Part shown: positions 60,980 through 64,000 of the stretch, piece by piece | How positions within the stretch are numbered: position 1 is the stretch's first letter | Layout of the letters: each line of letters begins with the position of its first letter | Source of the DNA: Minutocellus sp. GHC0000111 | Taxonomy: Eukaryota | Length of the DNA stretch: 64,000 nt | Assembly: GCA_977018835.1 (NCBI GenBank) | Contig: OZ361259.1 | Coordinates: forward strand, 1,054,001-1,118,000 | Reading direction: 5' to 3' | Notes under the pieces: generated by a model | The model's database searches: none | Seen by the model: only the letters and a program-made list of their open reading frames with translations | What the model was told of the DNA's origin: nothing | Translations under genes and position numbers: made by a program

Positions 60980-62900
60980 ATGACCAAGGCATCGTATGAA
61001 AAGTTTGAAGACGGTGGCGACAATGAAGACAAATTCGCGGACGAGGTCGTTGCCGCTAATATTGAGGATCAGCAGCAGCAAGATGAAGAGTCTCCCGAAC
61101 AAGCGGCAGCTCCTCAATTCGAACCAGCCGCCGAGCAGGCTGTGACCGCTTCGTCGACCACAAAGAAGAAGGGGGGAGACACCAACACGGGCAACATATC
61201 CTTCAAGGATTTGACGTCGGACCATCTCCGTCCGTTCGCCATCATCTCCACGTCGTATCTGCTTTTTACGGTGACCGACGGTGCCATCCGCATGATTGTC
61301 CTGCTGCATGCGTACAATCTCAACTTTTCCGCGTTGGAGGTGGCCATCATGTTTACCTTGTATGAGCTGGCGGGTGCCGTGACCAACCTGTTGGCGGGTG
61401 TCATGGGTGCCAAGTGGGGTATCAAGCTGACTCTTATTACCGGTCTGACACTGCAGCTGGCCGCCTACGGCATGCTGTTTGGCTGGAATCCAGACTGGTC
61501 CAAAAGCCAGGCCACGCTGTTTGTTACCTTTGCCCAAATGTTGGCGGGCATTGCAAAGGATCTTACCAAATTGGGTGGCAAGAAGGTAACCAAGCTGGTG
61601 ACACCGGAAGAACAAAACACCCGACTGTTCAAGCTCGTCAGTCTCATTACCGGTTGGAAGAACAGCCTCAAGGGCGTAGGATACTTCCTGGGCAGTGCAC
61701 TCATCGGCGTATCGTACGAGTTAGCCTTGGGGTTCATGATGGGTCTCATCGTTTTGGCCATGCCGTGGGCAATTCTCGGGTTGGACAACATGCTGGGTAC
61801 GGCCAAGAAGAAGAATTCGACGCTGAAGGAAATCTTCGTCATGGACAATCAGCAGCTCAATGTGCTGAGTTTGGCACGGCTGTTTCTGTTCGCGTCGCGT
61901 GATTTTTGGTTCGAGGTACCGTTGCCGTTCTATCTGCGAAGTCCAGGATGCGAAGGCCTGGGCACCGACCCCTGTATGGAGAACTCGGATTGTACTCGAG
62001 GTGCCGTCTGTGGTATGGAGAGTGGAGTCTGCGAGAACTTCAATGGCGGCGGCGGTTGTGGCGGACTAGGTGTTCAGAGTGTTGTAGGTGAGTATTGCAC
62101 GTGGCGAATGAATACCAAGCACAACTATCCCCCTAGATACTGTTTATTTTCTTCTCGGCATTCGTCTCATAAGCTCGTTATATTTTTCATCTCTTACATC
62201 AGTCGGTGCCTTCCTCGGAGGCTACATCATCCTCTACGGTCAGGTGCAGAGCTGGACTCCACAGCTGGTCACTGGACCACTGGGCCAAACACCGCCGAAC
62301 AAGCTCACGGAGGTTCTTTGGGGGATCATCAACTGCATCCCAACTCTTGTAATGGGATTGGTGATGTCATTTTCGCCCGTATTCTTGGAACACAACGTCA
62401 GTGGAATGATCGGGTGGCTAATCTCGTCCATCGTTGCGTTTGCCATCGTTTTCGCCATCAATTCCAGCATCCATTCCTATCTCGTTGTGAAGTATGCCAA
62501 ATCTGACAAAGTGGCGGTCAGTGTTGGCTTTTACTATATGAGTAACGCCCTTGGCCGATTGATGGGTACCATTGGATCTGGTCTGATCTTTACTTATGTT
62601 GGCGAATATTTTGGCGAATTCGTCGGTCATGATGGTACTGCGGGATTGGCTGCGTGCTACTTGGCTGGAACCCTTTCGAGTGCAGCGGCTGCATTCATAA
62701 CCACCTTCATTGATGACGATGAGGGTGGCTTGAAATGTGGAAATATGACTTGTGTTCATGCTGAGATAGAAGATAACGAAGATGCTGAGAACGAATCAAG
62801 CGGCGATGGCAAAGCAAACGGAACGGAGGAGACCGAGGTGAAAAAGATGTCGCAAGCGCAGGAGTCTACCCTAAGTGCCTCTGCCGTATCATCAGCATGA
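60980..62900 (+). CDS. arsJ: ArsJ organoarsenical (1-arseno-3-phosphoglycerate) efflux MFS transporter (intron 62088-62202)
   Basis: TDGAIRMIVLLH, LYELAGAVTNL, GIAKDLTK, LTG.KN.LKG.G-like ITGWKNSLKGVG, ARLFLFASRDFWF, YGQVQ, FAINSSIHSYL, VGFYYMSNA.GRL.GT. Confidence 0.92.
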
Positions 62901-62954
62901 CACGCGTAGTAACCGTAAATTATAGTTGTTCATTGTTCAATATTTTCTACGCTG

Positions 62955-64000
62955 CTACGCTGCAATAGATGATCTTGCCCTTCGGCGAACATGGCGTTTC
63001 TTGAGAGGAATGTGCAAATCTCCGGGAACTCGGCCGTGGCAAAATGGAGCCTGACTCTTCATACAGACGCGGTGTTTGGCCCGAGCAAAGGCCCGTGCTG
63101 ATCGGCCGGTTGTGCTGATGGCATGCCGAAGAGGCTTGGGGATGGACCCATTGTTCGCAAGCAATATAGTTTGTATGTCGAGATACCGGTTGAGAGAGTA
63201 GGGGTTACGCTGCTGCAATGCCATGGTTTTCTTTTGTGGGAGGATCGACTGCGATGAAAAGTAGATCATTTGCTCATACTCGAACTCATCCTCTTTCCAT
63301 GGCTCGTCCAGCAAAGCTAAGGCAATCGCCTCGATGTAATTGCCAAGAATATCGAGATTATAACCTCCTTCCAGAGCCACAACGATGGGGGTGTTTCGGC
63401 CAGCGGCGTCCGACAGAGAATTTGTAATAGCATAATACGCGTCCGGCGTCAATTTGCAGTCTCCAAGCAAATCGCCCTCGGCTGCATCAAGACCTGCTGA
63501 CACGAGTATCAAGTCGGGCTGGAAGGCTCTTATAGCTGGCCCGACCACCTGCGTCATGGCCACTGCATACTCCGAGTTGCCCATGCCGCTCTGTTCCCAC
63601 ACGATATTTTGATTGGTTCCCATCGCATCTCCCTTGCCAACATCGTTCACGGATCCTGTACCGGGATAGAACCAGGAGAACCGCTCAGCATCGTCGGGGT
63701 GGGCCGAGTTACTTGCCCGGTGTATTGAAAGATAGAAATGTTTGGGTCGTCGTAGGTCAACTCCTGCGTGCCGTTCCCGTGATGGATATCTAAACCAAAT
63801 ATAAACACCCGCGAGGCTCTTTTGGTTGCAATTGCATGCTTTGCGGCGATTGCTACATTGCCAAAGTAGCAGAATCCTATGTATTGGCATAGAATTGGTG
63901 GTGAGAGGATGGATGTGAATTAGGGTTCTCATTGGTGACATTTCACATTTTTGGCATTCGTGCGGATCGACTCGACTTACCCATAGGCTTGTCGCGCAAG
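62955..64000 (-). CDS. Class II-like histone deacetylase domain protein, partial (intron 63877-63980; frameshift ~63738)
   Basis: MGFCYFGNVAIAA, DIHHGNGTQ, FYPGTG, PDLILVSAGLDA..GD.LG, LEGGYNL. Confidence 0.92.
   Translation of the reverse strand, partial: CATSLWVSRVDPHECQKCEMSPMRTLIHIHPLTTNSMPIHRILLLWQCSNRRKACNCNQKSLAGVYIWFRYPSRERHAGVDLRRPKHFYLSIHRASNSAHPDDAERFSWFYPGTGSVNDVGKGDAMGTNQNIVWEQSGMGNSEYAVAMTQVVGPAIRAFQPDLILVSAGLDAAEGDLLGDCKLTPDAYYAITNSLSDAAGRNTPIVVALEGGYNLDILGNYIEAIALALLDEPWKEDEFEYEQMIYFSSQSILPQKKTMALQQRNPYSLNRYLDIQTILLANNGSIPKPLRHAISTTGRSARAFARAKHRVCMKSQAPFCHGRVPGDLHIPLKKRHVRRRARSSIAA

Overview
Eukaryotic nuclear DNA, most likely from a diatom. This is inferred from a CoDi-type Ty1/copia element, ASAFA-type plastid-targeting presequences and short GT-AG introns. 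The window has two parts. (1) ~1-50.5 kb is a transposon-dense island. About ten mostly intronless, AT-rich glycan-building genes (FkbM methyltransferase, sulfotransferase, GT-like/GH20, C1GALT1-like GT31, GT10, GT-like/GT11-like, a second GT31, an RgpF-like protein, a TupA-like ATP-grasp, and a nucleotide-sugar transporter plus GT29-like domain) alternate with Tc1/mariner, copia, LINE, Penelope-like and MITE sequences. (2) ~50.6-64 kb is a gene-dense block: plastid-targeted protein, SDR, FAD monooxygenase, EF-hand protein, amidase, a head-to-head ArsJ-associated GAPDH/arsJ arsenate-detoxification pair, and an HDAC. The strongest unexplained signal is a RIP-like but opposite mutation process in the repeats: TpA is converted to TpG or CpA on both strands, so conserved Tyr codons become Cys or His. 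The copia element also shows a candidate self-priming site, a UGA followed by a hairpin between gag and pol, and a Tudor-like domain after integrase. Many genes carry single-base frameshifts that could be assembly errors. All family assignments are from motif recognition by eye; no database search was run.
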